Assembly: GCA_044450345.1 (NCBI GenBank)
Contig: JBIOIY010000016.1
Span: 1 to 45,655, forward strand
Direction of reading: 5' to 3'
DNA length: 45,655 bases
Source: Thermodesulfovibrionales bacterium
Lineage (GTDB): Bacteria; Nitrospirota; Thermodesulfovibrionia; Thermodesulfovibrionales; UBA6898
Both the position numbers and the translations under genes were made by a program. The notes beneath the pieces were generated by a model. That model had not been told where the DNA came from. It was given only the letters and a program-made list of their open reading frames with translations, and searched no databases. Numbering within the stretch: the stretch's first letter is position 1; every line of letters starts with the position of its first letter. Positions 17,743 to 26,824 of this stretch are shown here, in pieces.

Positions 17743-19614
17743 TCAGGACCTGCGTCTCATCTTTTCCATCGCCACCATGATAAGTGACAGAGCAGCCGGC
17801 GTCATTCCCTGAATCCTTCCAGCCTGCCCAAGGCTTACAGGCCGGATCTCTTCGAGCTTGCCGCAAATCTCCTTCGAGATTCCGGGCAATGACCGGTAAT
17901 CGAAGTGCTCCGGGATCTTCTTCTCCTCGAGTCTGGTCAATTTCTCCGCGGCCTCTATCTGTCTTGCGATGTAGCCTTCATACTTGACCTGTATTTCGAC
18001 CTGCCTTTCATCGTCTTCGCCGAGTTCCAGATGAGAAGGGGCATGTTGTTTTATGATAGCATACGTCAATTCTGGCCTTTTCAGGAGCCGGGCAAGTGTG
18101 ATATCTTCGCTGATGTCCGATGTCCCGAGAGACTTCAAGACGCCATTAATAGCCTCGGGCTTGATGCGCGTCTTTTTTATCCTGTCCATCTCCGCTTCGA
18201 TCTTTCCCGTCTTTTCGACAAACCTTTCATACACATCTTCTCCGAGTAGTCCGATACCATGGCCCTTTTCCATCAGCCTCATGTCCGCGTTATCATGTCT
18301 CAGAAGCAGCCTGTATTCGGCCCGGGAAGTAAACATCCTGTAAGGTTCGCTCGTCCCCTTTGTAACAAGGTCGTCTATGAGCACGCCTATATATGCCTCA
18401 TTTCTTCGAAGGACAAGAGTTTTTTCCCCCTGTATCTTTAGCGCCGCGTTAATGCCCGCCATGAGCCCCTGCGCAGCCGCCTCTTCATAGCCGGATGTAC
18501 CGTTGATCTGCCCGGCCAGGAAGAGTCCTTTGATCGTCTTGGTCTCAAGCGAATGTGTAAGCTGGGTTGGAAAGACAAAGTCGTATTCGATCGCGTAGGC
18601 AGGCCTCATGATCTCCACCTGTTCAAGACCCGGGATCGTTCGCACAAAGAGCACCTGTATTTCAAAGGGAAGACTCGTCGAAATGCCGTTTGCGTAATAT
18701 TCTTTTGTCTGAAGGCCTTCAGGCTCGAGAAAAACCTGGTGCCTGTCCCGCTCAAAAAAACGGACTACCTTGTCTTCTATCGAGGGACAGTATCTCGGCC
18801 CTATCCCCTTGATCTTGCCGCTGTACATCGCAGAAAGACCGATGTTATCTTTAATTATCCTGTGAGTTTCCTTATTCGTATAGGTGATGAAACAGGGGAG
18901 CTGAGGGTTCTCAATTCTTTCAGTACTATGGGAAAAGGGAATAGGAGGGTCATCTCCATATTGTGCCTCGGTCTTCGAAAAATCTATGGTCTTGGCGTCC
19001 AGCCTCGGCGGCGTCCCTGTTTTGAGCCTGCCGAGTTTCAGTCCCAGTCTCGCAAGACAATCTGAAAGACCCAAGGACGGGAACTCCCCTGCCCTGCCTG
19101 CTTCAAAACTCTCCTGGCCGACATGCATGAGGCCCTTCAGAAAAGTGCCGGTAGTTACGACAATGCATTTCGCACCATAATAGACCCCTAGCGAGGTCCT
19201 GACGCCTTGCACCTTCCCGTCCTCAACAATGATCTCCTCGACAGTAGCCTGCTTTATATCGAGATTTTGTCTGTATTCGAGCACCTGCCTCATCGCCAAC
19301 CTGTATAGGACCCGGTCGGCCTGCGCCCTCAAAGACCATACGGCCGGGCCCTTGGATTTGTTGAGCATCCGGAACTGTATGCCTGCCTTGTCGGTGATTT
19401 TCGCCATTTCACCGCCGAGGGCATCGATCTCCCTCACGATATGTCCCTTTGCAAGTCCCCCGATAGCAGGATTACAGGACATCTGCGCAATAGTATCCAG
19501 GTTCATGGTGAATATGCACGAAGAAAATCCCATACGTGCGGCCGCAAGGGCCGCCTCGCATCCTGCATGGCCCGCGCCGATAATGACCACATCATAATTC
19601 TTCGTTGCGACCAT
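17743..19614 (-). CDS. mnmG: tRNA uridine-5-carboxymethylaminomethyl(34) synthesis enzyme MnmG (GidA)
   Basis: GAGHAGCEAA, MSCNPAIGGLAKG, RLKTGTPPR, GPRYCPSIEDK, AGQINGTSGYEEAAAQG. Confidence 0.98.
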   Translation of the reverse strand: MVATKNYDVVIIGAGHAGCEAALAAARMGFSSCIFTMNLDTIAQMSCNPAIGGLAKGHIVREIDALGGEMAKITDKAGIQFRMLNKSKGPAVWSLRAQADRVLYRLAMRQVLEYRQNLDIKQATVEEIIVEDGKVQGVRTSLGVYYGAKCIVVTTGTFLKGLMHVGQESFEAGRAGEFPSLGLSDCLARLGLKLGRLKTGTPPRLDAKTIDFSKTEAQYGDDPPIPFSHSTERIENPQLPCFITYTNKETHRIIKDNIGLSAMYSGKIKGIGPRYCPSIEDKVVRFFERDRHQVFLEPEGLQTKEYYANGISTSLPFEIQVLFVRTIPGLEQVEIMRPAYAIEYDFVFPTQLTHSLETKTIKGLFLAGQINGTSGYEEAAAQGLMAGINAALKIQGEKTLVLRRNEAYIGVLIDDLVTKGTSEPYRMFTSRAEYRLLLRHDNADMRLMEKGHGIGLLGEDVYERFVEKTGKIEAEMDRIKKTRIKPEAINGVLKSLGTSDISEDITLARLLKRPELTYAIIKQHAPSHLELGEDDERQVEIQVKYEGYIARQIEAAEKLTRLEEKKIPEHFDYRSLPGISKEICGKLEEIRPVSLGQAGRIQGMTPAALSLIMVAMEKMRRRS

Positions 19615-19732
19615 TGGATATTTATTATAAATAAAAGGGGTATGTAAAGTATAAGGAGGGGCCGTCTTCTGCGGCCCGATTACTTGGTATCGTACGAAGT
19701 TACGTTAAGCTGAACTCAGCTCAGGAGGCTTT

Positions 19733-19915
19733 TCAGGAAGTCCCGCAATTCAGGTGGTAGTTCTTGCCTGGATTCTTCTCGTCCTCTGTAAGATGACACT
19801 TCTTATATTTTTTCCCGCTTCCGCACCAGCAAGGGTCGTTTCTTCCGACTTTTTCTCTCGCTGCCGTTTCCTCTTCCGCTTTAAAAAAAGAACCTATACT
19901 TTTTAATATGTCCAT
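19733..19915 (-). CDS. Small SEC-C metal-binding motif protein
   Basis: [22 protein letters not shown] gagg upstream. Confidence 0.85.
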   Translation of the reverse strand: MDILKSIGSFFKAEEETAAREKVGRNDPCWCGSGKKYKKCHLTEDEKNPGKNYHLNCGTS

Positions 19916-19999
19916 TTTGACCTCGATAAAAAAATAAAGTTGCGCAACTTTATTAGTATACCAAAACAGCCCAGCAGTTATCCAGATATCGGGACGTCG

Positions 20000-20674
20000 T
20001 CATCGCAATCCCTCTTGATAATCACGCTTCATATTCTTCGAAAGCCTGTCCGCCATTCTTAAGGGCTCTGGGATCCTATAGTCCGTGACACACTTCATCA
20101 CTATCTCAACGGACGATTCAATGTCCATAAGATGGCCCGGAGAGACAAAGACAGGCCGCACATCGGTCCTCGTCCTCAGCACCGCGCCGACTTTCGCCCC
20201 CAGGTAAAAAAGATACGACCATTTCCCCTTGGCAGGCCCGGGCTCCTGATATTCGCCGACGAGCCTCGATTTGGCACAGCCCACTGTGGGAATATTCAGA
20301 ACAACGCCTATGTGAGAAGCTATCCCGATGCCTTCCGGGTGGGCTATCCCCTGTCCGTCTATGAGAATAATGTCAGGCGATACCGCAAGTTTTTTTATAG
20401 CGTCTATGACCGCCTTTCCTTCTCTGAACGCAAGGAGTCCGGGCATGTAATTCATACTCGCCCTTGTTTCCGAAAAAACATCCAGCAGATGAGCAAGCGC
20501 CGGGAGTTTATAGAGAGAAGCAGCCGCACATACAAGATCTCCGGAGAAGGCGGCGTCAGCCGCCGCGATGAATTGGGGCACCTTCTTCAGGGGAGCGATC
20601 TTAACCTTTTCCTTCAGGGCACGCTGGATTTCTCTTGCTTCCGATATATTATCCGGCCAGAGGTTTTCCTTCAT
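20000..20674 (-). CDS. nfi: Endonuclease V (deoxyinosine 3' endonuclease)
   Basis: YMPGLLAFRE, IDGQGIAHP..GIASHIG, GCAKSRL, PVFVSPGH, YRIPEPLRMAD. Start taken at ATG 20674. Confidence 0.93.
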   Translation of the reverse strand: MKENLWPDNISEAREIQRALKEKVKIAPLKKVPQFIAAADAAFSGDLVCAAASLYKLPALAHLLDVFSETRASMNYMPGLLAFREGKAVIDAIKKLAVSPDIILIDGQGIAHPEGIGIASHIGVVLNIPTVGCAKSRLVGEYQEPGPAKGKWSYLFYLGAKVGAVLRTRTDVRPVFVSPGHLMDIESSVEIVMKCVTDYRIPEPLRMADRLSKNMKRDYQEGLR

Positions 20675-20832
20675 TACGCTATTATAAAACACGGGTTAGA
20701 ACATCGCGCGTGACCACATCAATGTTTTCCTGATTTATTTCTCCTAAATTTTTTACATTTTTCCGGTGAATAAAAAATGCCTCGGGGAATACATATATAT
20801 AGGAGCAGTCTGGCATGCTATATTAAATAGTC

Positions 20833-21252
20833 ATGAGCATATTCTCGGTAAGCTCTTTGAAGGAAAAACAGCTTAAGGAAAAAATGGCGGCCCTCAACAT
20901 CCGCGAGGAGGATATCGAGGAGTCTTTTATCAGATCGGGGGGTAAGGGCGGCCAGCATGTGAACAAGACTTCGACGTGCGTCTACCTCAAACATGTCCCA
21001 ACCGGCATCGAAGTCAAATGCCAGGAGGAACGATCACAGGCCATGAACCGATACAGGGCAAGGGTAATCCTCGCCAATAAAATCGACCAGCTCGTAAAAG
21101 GAAAGGAAAGCAAGGAGGTACAAAGGATAGAGAAGATTCGCCGGCAGAAGAGAAAACGATCGAAGAGGGCAAAAGAGAAGATGCTTGCGGAGAAAAAAAT
21201 GACCGCAGAAAAGAAAAGGCTGCGAGGCCCTGTCGCCGGAAATAATTATTGA
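20833..21252 (+). CDS. Stand-alone GGQ peptidyl-tRNA hydrolase / release-factor-like protein (ArfB/mtRF-R-like)
   Basis: RSGGKGGQHVNKT, HVPTGIEVKCQEERSQAMNR, Lys/Arg-rich C-terminal tail; no codon-recognition domain. Confidence 0.88.
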   Translation: MSIFSVSSLKEKQLKEKMAALNIREEDIEESFIRSGGKGGQHVNKTSTCVYLKHVPTGIEVKCQEERSQAMNRYRARVILANKIDQLVKGKESKEVQRIEKIRRQKRKRSKRAKEKMLAEKKMTAEKKRLRGPVAGNNY

Positions 21253-21900
21253 ATGAAGCCCTCTGATAGAAGTCGACTTAATGCGGTATACAGTAAGCTT
21301 CATAAGGCCTTCGGTCCCCAGCATTGGTGGCCCGGGGAGACCCCTTTTGAAATGGCGGTTGGCGCCATCCTTACTCAGAACACAAACTGGAGGAATGTCG
21401 AGAAGGCGATCGATAACTTAGAAAGGGAAGGGAAGTTGAACGCGTCCGCGATCCACAAAATAACTCCCGAAAGACTGGCGTCCCTGATCAGACCGGCCGG
21501 ATATTTCAATATAAAGGCGAAGAGGCTGAAGCATTTTGTGGATTTTCTCCTGAAAGAATACAGCGGCAGGATGGCTGAGATGAAGCAAGAAGAAATGGAT
21601 GTAATAAGGGAGAAACTCCTCGGGGTAAACGGAATAGGCCCTGAGACAGCCGATTCGATAATCCTCTATGCGCTAAAAAAACCAGTCTTTGTCATCGACG
21701 CCTACACAAAACGCGTGCTCTCACGTCATGATATCATGGACCATGATGAAATATATGACAACTTCCAGGAACTTTTCCATTCGAATCTCAAAAGGGACGT
21801 TCGTCTCTTCAACGAATATCATGCCCTTTTTGTCAGGGTGGCAAAGGAGTACTGCAGGACAAAACCCCGGTGCGGAGAATGTCCGCTCGAGGAAGTATGA
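21253..21900 (+). CDS. Endonuclease III-like HhH-GPD protein with 4Fe-4S motif
   Basis: WWPGETPFEMAVGAILTQNTNW, GIGPETADSI, VIDAYTKR, C-x6-C-x2-C (CRTKPRCGECPL). Confidence 0.9.
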   Translation: MKPSDRSRLNAVYSKLHKAFGPQHWWPGETPFEMAVGAILTQNTNWRNVEKAIDNLEREGKLNASAIHKITPERLASLIRPAGYFNIKAKRLKHFVDFLLKEYSGRMAEMKQEEMDVIREKLLGVNGIGPETADSIILYALKKPVFVIDAYTKRVLSRHDIMDHDEIYDNFQELFHSNLKRDVRLFNEYHALFVRVAKEYCRTKPRCGECPLEEV

Positions 21901-21907
21901 TTAACTG

Positions 21908-22114
21908 ATGGCCCGGATAATCACCCAAGTACTTGCGGGCCTTATGCTTCTATTCGGAGCAGCGACGCTCTTTCCGAAGGCATATCTGGAATACAGGGGA
22001 AGAAATATGCGAAAGAGTATCCTGTATTTTTTTCTTGGCTTCTGCGCTCTCTTCTTTTCGATTATGGCTTTTGTGTATGCGTATCTGATACTGAGCAGGG
22101 AAATATTCACCTAG
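21908..22114 (+). CDS. Small hypothetical membrane protein (2 TM)
   Basis: Two hydrophobic segments; starts 7 nt after the EndoIII-like stop; stop overlaps the rsmG stop. Confidence 0.6.
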   Translation: MARIITQVLAGLMLLFGAATLFPKAYLEYRGRNMRKSILYFFLGFCALFFSIMAFVYAYLILSREIFT

Positions 22115-22713
22115 GTCCTCACCGCCACAAGATGCCTCACGGTTTCATCGAATGGAAGCTTATAATCCGACACCTCGATATCCCGCATTTCAACGCCTTT
22201 TAATTCCTCCCTGAGTTTCGGGCCTTTGCTTAAGATCAAAACTCCCCCCTTGTTGATATGACCCTTCATCTTTTCGATAAAATCGCGGACAGTGAAAAGG
22301 GCCCTCGTCATTGCCACATCGACCTTCAGCCGTTCGACCTCTTCTATCCGCTTGTCAATAATTTCAATGCCGTCGAGGGCGAGCCTGCGGCAGAGGTGTC
22401 TTAGGAAAATCGCCTTTTTTCCCACAGGCTCAACAAGGAACATTTTCAATAGGGGTAAAAAGATCTTAACAGGGATACCGGGGAACCCGGCGCCACTTCC
22501 TATATCGGCCGCCGTCATGGCGTGAGATGGAAACATCTTCAGGAATAGCAGTGAATCAAGGAAGTGCTTTATTATTATATCGCGGTCAGTCTTCAGCCCC
22601 GTGAGGTTATAAGCCCGGTTCCATTTTTTCAGCTCTTCGAGATATGTAAGAAATCGATTGACCTGATCTTCCGAAAAAGGAATATCGAGTGCGGTAAGAC
22701 CCTCCCTGATCAA
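22111..22713 (-). CDS. rsmG: 16S rRNA m7G527 methyltransferase RsmG (GidB)
   Basis: KWNRAYNLTG, KHFLDSL, DIGSGAGFPGIP, TRA, KGP. Start uncertain. Confidence 0.95.
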   Translation of the reverse strand: MIREGLTALDIPFSEDQVNRFLTYLEELKKWNRAYNLTGLKTDRDIIIKHFLDSLLFLKMFPSHAMTAADIGSGAGFPGIPVKIFLPLLKMFLVEPVGKKAIFLRHLCRRLALDGIEIIDKRIEEVERLKVDVAMTRALFTVRDFIEKMKGHINKGGVLILSKGPKLREELKGVEMRDIEVSDYKLPFDETVRHLVAVRT

Positions 22714-22816
22714 CCCCTTCGCGAGCTCTATGGCGCGGATATCCTTTATCTTAATTTCCCCATACTTTCCTCCTACCGAAGGGCAAGTCAGAAGCCTAGG
22801 CGGGACAGGCCTACGT

Positions 22817-25222
22817 CTAATCCTTCTCTACGACCTTCGCAATGCCGGCTATCTTGTCGTCTGGTATATCCATGAGCTTTACGCCCTGTGTGTTTCTGCC
22901 GTGGATCGAGATGTTTTGGGCGGTAGTCCTGATGAGCTTGCCCGAATTCGCGATCATCACGACTTCGTCCTCTTCGCGCACCTGGAGGAGCCCCACTACT
23001 TTTCCGCCTTTATCGGTGAGTTTGATGGATATAACACCCTTTCCTCCCCTGCCCTGAAGAGGATAGTCTTCTATCCTGGTTCTCTTGCCAAAGCCGTTCT
23101 CCGCAACAGTGAGTATAGCCGTCTTTTCTTCTGCGACCTCTGCCGCGACAACTTCATCGCCTTTAACCAGTCTTATCCCACGCACACCCTTTGACGTCCT
23201 GCCTGTGTCCCTAACATCTTCTTCATTAAATTTAATAGACAGACCATTGTGCGTTCCGATGATAAGGTCATTACTGCCGGTTGTCTTTCGTACGGCTATC
23301 AATTCGTCGCCCTCATCAAGTGATATCGCTATTATGCCTTTGCCTCTGGGATTGCTGTAAGACGTCAGCGCCGTCTTCTTGACGGTGCCGTTCTTGGTAA
23401 ACATCACGAGGTAGCCTTCCTTAAAATCCCGGACAGGAAGTGCCGTGGAAATCCGTTCTCCCTCTGAAAGCTGAAGGACATTTATGAGCGCCTTGCCCTT
23501 TGCAGCACGGCCGGCCTCAGGTATCTGGTAAATCTTCATCCAGTACAGCCTTCCGAGATTGGAAAAAAACAGCATGTAGTCATGCGTTGAACCGATAAAG
23601 AGCTGGGCTACAAAATCCTCTTCCTTGGTTTCCATGCCGATGAGGCCCTTGCCCCCTCGTCGCTGGCTCCTGTAAGCGCTCAAAGGGTTCCTCTTGATAT
23701 ATCCTTGATGGGAAAGGGTAATAACCATTTCCTCCTCTGTGATGAGGTCTTCTATCGTTATTTCCTTTGTCTCTTCTGTTATTTCGGTCCTCCTTTCGTC
23801 GGCATACTTTGTCTTGATCTCGAGGAGTTCCTCATCAATTATCTTGGAAACAAGCGCCTCGCTTCCGAGTATCGACTTTAATCTTTCAATCTCCTTCAGG
23901 GTCTCTTTGTATTCGTTAATTATTTTTTCACGCTCAAGTCCGGTCAGTCTCTGCAGTTTCATGTCGAGAATAGCTTGGGCTTGCACCGCTGTCAGCTGAT
24001 AATTACCAATCAGCCCCTGTCTTGCCTCTTCAGGGTTCTTGGAGGACCGTATGAGCGCTATTATCTCATCAAGATGATCCAGTGCGATTTTCAGTCCTTC
24101 GAGGATATGGGCCCTTTCCTCCGCCTTCCGCAGTTCAAATCTCGTCCTTCTGAGAATTACATCGCGCCTGTGCTGAATGAAAAGGCTGAGAATCTTCTTG
24201 AGGCCGTGGACTTCGGGCTTGCCGCCAACAATAGCAAGCATTATGATCCCGAAAGTTGTCTCCATCTGGGTGTGTTTGTACAGGTTATTGAGGATGACTT
24301 CCGCCATCTCCCCCCGTTTCAGCTCAATGACCACCCTTATGCCGTCCCTGTCTGACTCATCTCTTATATCAGAAATGCCTTCTATATTCTTTTCTCTTAC
24401 AAGTTCCGCGATTTTTTCAATAAGCCTGGATTTGTTTACCTGATAGGGAAGCTCAGAGATAATGATATTTTCGCCGCCCCTGTGCTCCCGCTCAATCCGC
24501 GCCTTAGCCCTCACCTTGATAAGGCCGCGGCCTGTCGCATACGCGTCCTTTATCCCTGCGGTGCCATGTATGATGCCTCCAGTCGGGAAATCGGGCCCCT
24601 TTACAGCTGTCATTATATCCTCAACTGACGTCTCAGGTTTTTCCAGAAGCTTAATGAGGGCGTCGATAACTTCTCCGAGGTTATGCGGCGGTATATTCGT
24701 GGCCATTCCGACGGCTATTCCCGCTGCCCCGTTAATAATCAGATTGGGGATCCTTGATGGAAGCACTTTGGGCTCCTCGGTCGTCTCATCAAAGTTCGCG
24801 GCAAAATCTACTGTTTCTTTATCTATGTCGGCCAACAACTCTTCTGAGATCTTCGCAAGCCTGGCCTCTGTGTAACGGTATGCGGCAGCCCGGTCTCCGT
24901 CTATCGATCCGAAATTGCCCTGACCATCAACAAGCAGATATCTCATATTAAAATCCTGGGCCAGTCTCACCATCGCATCATATACTGCCGTATCACCGTG
25001 GGGATGATACTTCTTCAGCACCTCACCCACGACACCCGCGCTTTTGGAATATTTCCTGCTTGGGAGAAGCCCCTCCCTGAACATGGCGTATAGAATCCTT
25101 CTCTGGACTGGTTTCAGCCCATCCCGCACCTCGGGAAGCGCCCTGCCAATGATTACACTCATCGCGTAATCGAGGTAGCTCACTTTCATCTCTTCTTCAA
25201 TATTTACCGGTAGTTTTGCCAT
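22817..25222 (-). CDS. gyrA: DNA gyrase subunit A
   Basis: [42 protein letters not shown] catalytic Tyr, GyrA-box QRRGGKG, beta-pinwheel repeats; SD ggagg before ATG 25222. Confidence 0.97.
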   Translation of the reverse strand: MAKLPVNIEEEMKVSYLDYAMSVIIGRALPEVRDGLKPVQRRILYAMFREGLLPSRKYSKSAGVVGEVLKKYHPHGDTAVYDAMVRLAQDFNMRYLLVDGQGNFGSIDGDRAAAYRYTEARLAKISEELLADIDKETVDFAANFDETTEEPKVLPSRIPNLIINGAAGIAVGMATNIPPHNLGEVIDALIKLLEKPETSVEDIMTAVKGPDFPTGGIIHGTAGIKDAYATGRGLIKVRAKARIEREHRGGENIIISELPYQVNKSRLIEKIAELVREKNIEGISDIRDESDRDGIRVVIELKRGEMAEVILNNLYKHTQMETTFGIIMLAIVGGKPEVHGLKKILSLFIQHRRDVILRRTRFELRKAEERAHILEGLKIALDHLDEIIALIRSSKNPEEARQGLIGNYQLTAVQAQAILDMKLQRLTGLEREKIINEYKETLKEIERLKSILGSEALVSKIIDEELLEIKTKYADERRTEITEETKEITIEDLITEEEMVITLSHQGYIKRNPLSAYRSQRRGGKGLIGMETKEEDFVAQLFIGSTHDYMLFFSNLGRLYWMKIYQIPEAGRAAKGKALINVLQLSEGERISTALPVRDFKEGYLVMFTKNGTVKKTALTSYSNPRGKGIIAISLDEGDELIAVRKTTGSNDLIIGTHNGLSIKFNEEDVRDTGRTSKGVRGIRLVKGDEVVAAEVAEEKTAILTVAENGFGKRTRIEDYPLQGRGGKGVISIKLTDKGGKVVGLLQVREEDEVVMIANSGKLIRTTAQNISIHGRNTQGVKLMDIPDDKIAGIAKVVEKD

Positions 25223-25298
25223 CCGAATGCCCTTCCCTCCCTTAAAATCCACATATTTTACCATATTTCAACCGCCCTTTTCCGCATTCTTCATAATG

Positions 25299-25377
25299 AT
25301 GCCTCAGCCCTCTGGTATTGAGGAAGCCCCTACCGAAAGTGAGCAGAGCCCAATCGGCATGTAGGGCTTCTTGGCAT
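25299..25377. other. Branched hairpin in the gyrA / GGDEF divergent intergenic region
   Basis: GAAGCCC(C)TAC / GTAGGGCTTC stem with inner CCGA/TCGG, side hairpin CTCA/TGAG, and closing ATGCC/GGCAT. Confidence 0.35.
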
Positions 25378-25494
25378 TCCACTCTTGCCAATTCATAAGA
25401 AATACAATAAAATCAAGGGGAGCAGTTAGGATAAAAAAGTGTACAGCCCGGACGCTGCGAAGCGGACCACCTTAATAAGGGAGACTCGAATCGC

Positions 25495-26820
25495 ATGAGC
25501 CTGACACTGAGACAGCAGATATTTTTGGGGTATCTGGTGATGGTGCTGTTTACCCTCATCGTAGGCGCATACGCCATATGGGGCCTCCAGGAACTGAACC
25601 AGATAACCTCCGACGTCATTTTTTCCGACCTGAAGGTCGGAGAAAAGATCATAAAACTGAACGATTCCGCACTTGCCCAAGACCTGTACGAAAAACGGTT
25701 TCTGACATTGCAGCAGGCGGAGGCTGAAAATCTTTTCTGGAACAGATCCAGGGAGTTCAAATCGCTTCTTTCCGAAATCGCCGCGACTGAGTCATCACTG
25801 AAGAACTCTATCGACAACATCAACGCCCTTCATGATAGTTACACCCAACTCGTTACCAAGGAGATATCGCTTGCCAAATCCGGGAAGAGGGGCGAAGCTG
25901 AAGAGATATCCGCCGTTTCACTTAAGTCAGGGTTCGACAAAATCCTTCAGCAAATAAGGGACATCGACATACAGATAAAAGCACAACAAAACAAACATAT
26001 CGGCAAGGCTGGTTCGCTGGGAGAAAAAGCGCTCATGATTACGATAATCCTCAGCACCGGCTCCTTTGTCTTCGGCATCCTCTTTGCGTCTTTGCTGACG
26101 AGCCACCTGACTACGGCCATCACCGGGCTTAAGGCAGCCACCCATTCCATCCGAAGCGGTAATTTCGACAACCTCCCCGAAATAAAGGGGGCCGACGAAC
26201 TTGCGGACCTCGCGATTTCTTTCAAAGAGATGTCCGCACGATTGAAGGAACTCGAGGTCACAAACCTCGACGCAAACCCCCTTACGAAACTCCCCGGGAA
26301 TCTCGCGATTGAGAAAGAACTGCTGACGAGGCTGAACGACAGCGAGAAGTTCTCCTTCTGCCTTGTCGACCTCGACAATTTTAAGGCCTTCAACGACAGA
26401 TACGGCTATGCCAGGGGCAGTGACATTATCAAATGGCTCGGAGAGGAGTTGTCCGGGATTAAAAAAGAATTCGGATCTCCGGATGATTTTCTCGGCCACA
26501 TCGGTGGGGACGATTTCGTAATAATCTGCTCCCCGGAAATAGTTCATAACATCTGCAATAAAATTATCGATACATTCGACAGAGGCATAGTCGAGTTTTA
26601 CGACCCGGAGGATTTGAAAAAAGGGTTCATCGTGTCAGTGGACAGAAACGACAACCCCGCGATATTCGGGATAATGACCGTCTCGATCGCTGTGGTAAAC
26701 ACTGACCGCACGCTGATACGGGAACCGAAGGAAGTTGCGCTCAAAGTCACCGAACTGAAGCAATACGCCAAAACATTTGCAAAGAGTCTTTATATTATGG
26801 ACCGCAGGAGAACGAGATAG
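25495..26820 (+). CDS. Membrane sensor (TM-periplasmic-TM-HAMP) GGDEF dinucleotide cyclase, GGDDF type, with Hypr-like Ser
   Basis: Two TM helices, HAMP (GADELADLAISFKEM), LDANPLTKLPGN, DLDNFKAFNDRYGYARGSD, HIGGDDF; no RxxD I-site. Confidence 0.9.
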   Translation: MSLTLRQQIFLGYLVMVLFTLIVGAYAIWGLQELNQITSDVIFSDLKVGEKIIKLNDSALAQDLYEKRFLTLQQAEAENLFWNRSREFKSLLSEIAATESSLKNSIDNINALHDSYTQLVTKEISLAKSGKRGEAEEISAVSLKSGFDKILQQIRDIDIQIKAQQNKHIGKAGSLGEKALMITIILSTGSFVFGILFASLLTSHLTTAITGLKAATHSIRSGNFDNLPEIKGADELADLAISFKEMSARLKELEVTNLDANPLTKLPGNLAIEKELLTRLNDSEKFSFCLVDLDNFKAFNDRYGYARGSDIIKWLGEELSGIKKEFGSPDDFLGHIGGDDFVIICSPEIVHNICNKIIDTFDRGIVEFYDPEDLKKGFIVSVDRNDNPAIFGIMTVSIAVVNTDRTLIREPKEVALKVTELKQYAKTFAKSLYIMDRRRTR

Positions 26821-26824
26821 GCCT

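Noticed and set aside
17717..17866. N-terminal extension of the TPR ORF
   Set aside because: It overlaps the mnmG 3' end; ATG 17716 has an SD-like site and begins just before the repeats.
22772..25337. 9-bp direct repeat CCTACCGAA on both sides of gyrA (22772-22780, 25329-25337)
   Set aside because: Short enough to be chance, with no mobile-element hallmarks.
25372..25390. Sigma54 promoter (TGGCA...TTGC) upstream of the GGDEF gene
   Set aside because: GG-to-GC spacing is 2 nt too long for a -24/-12 promoter.
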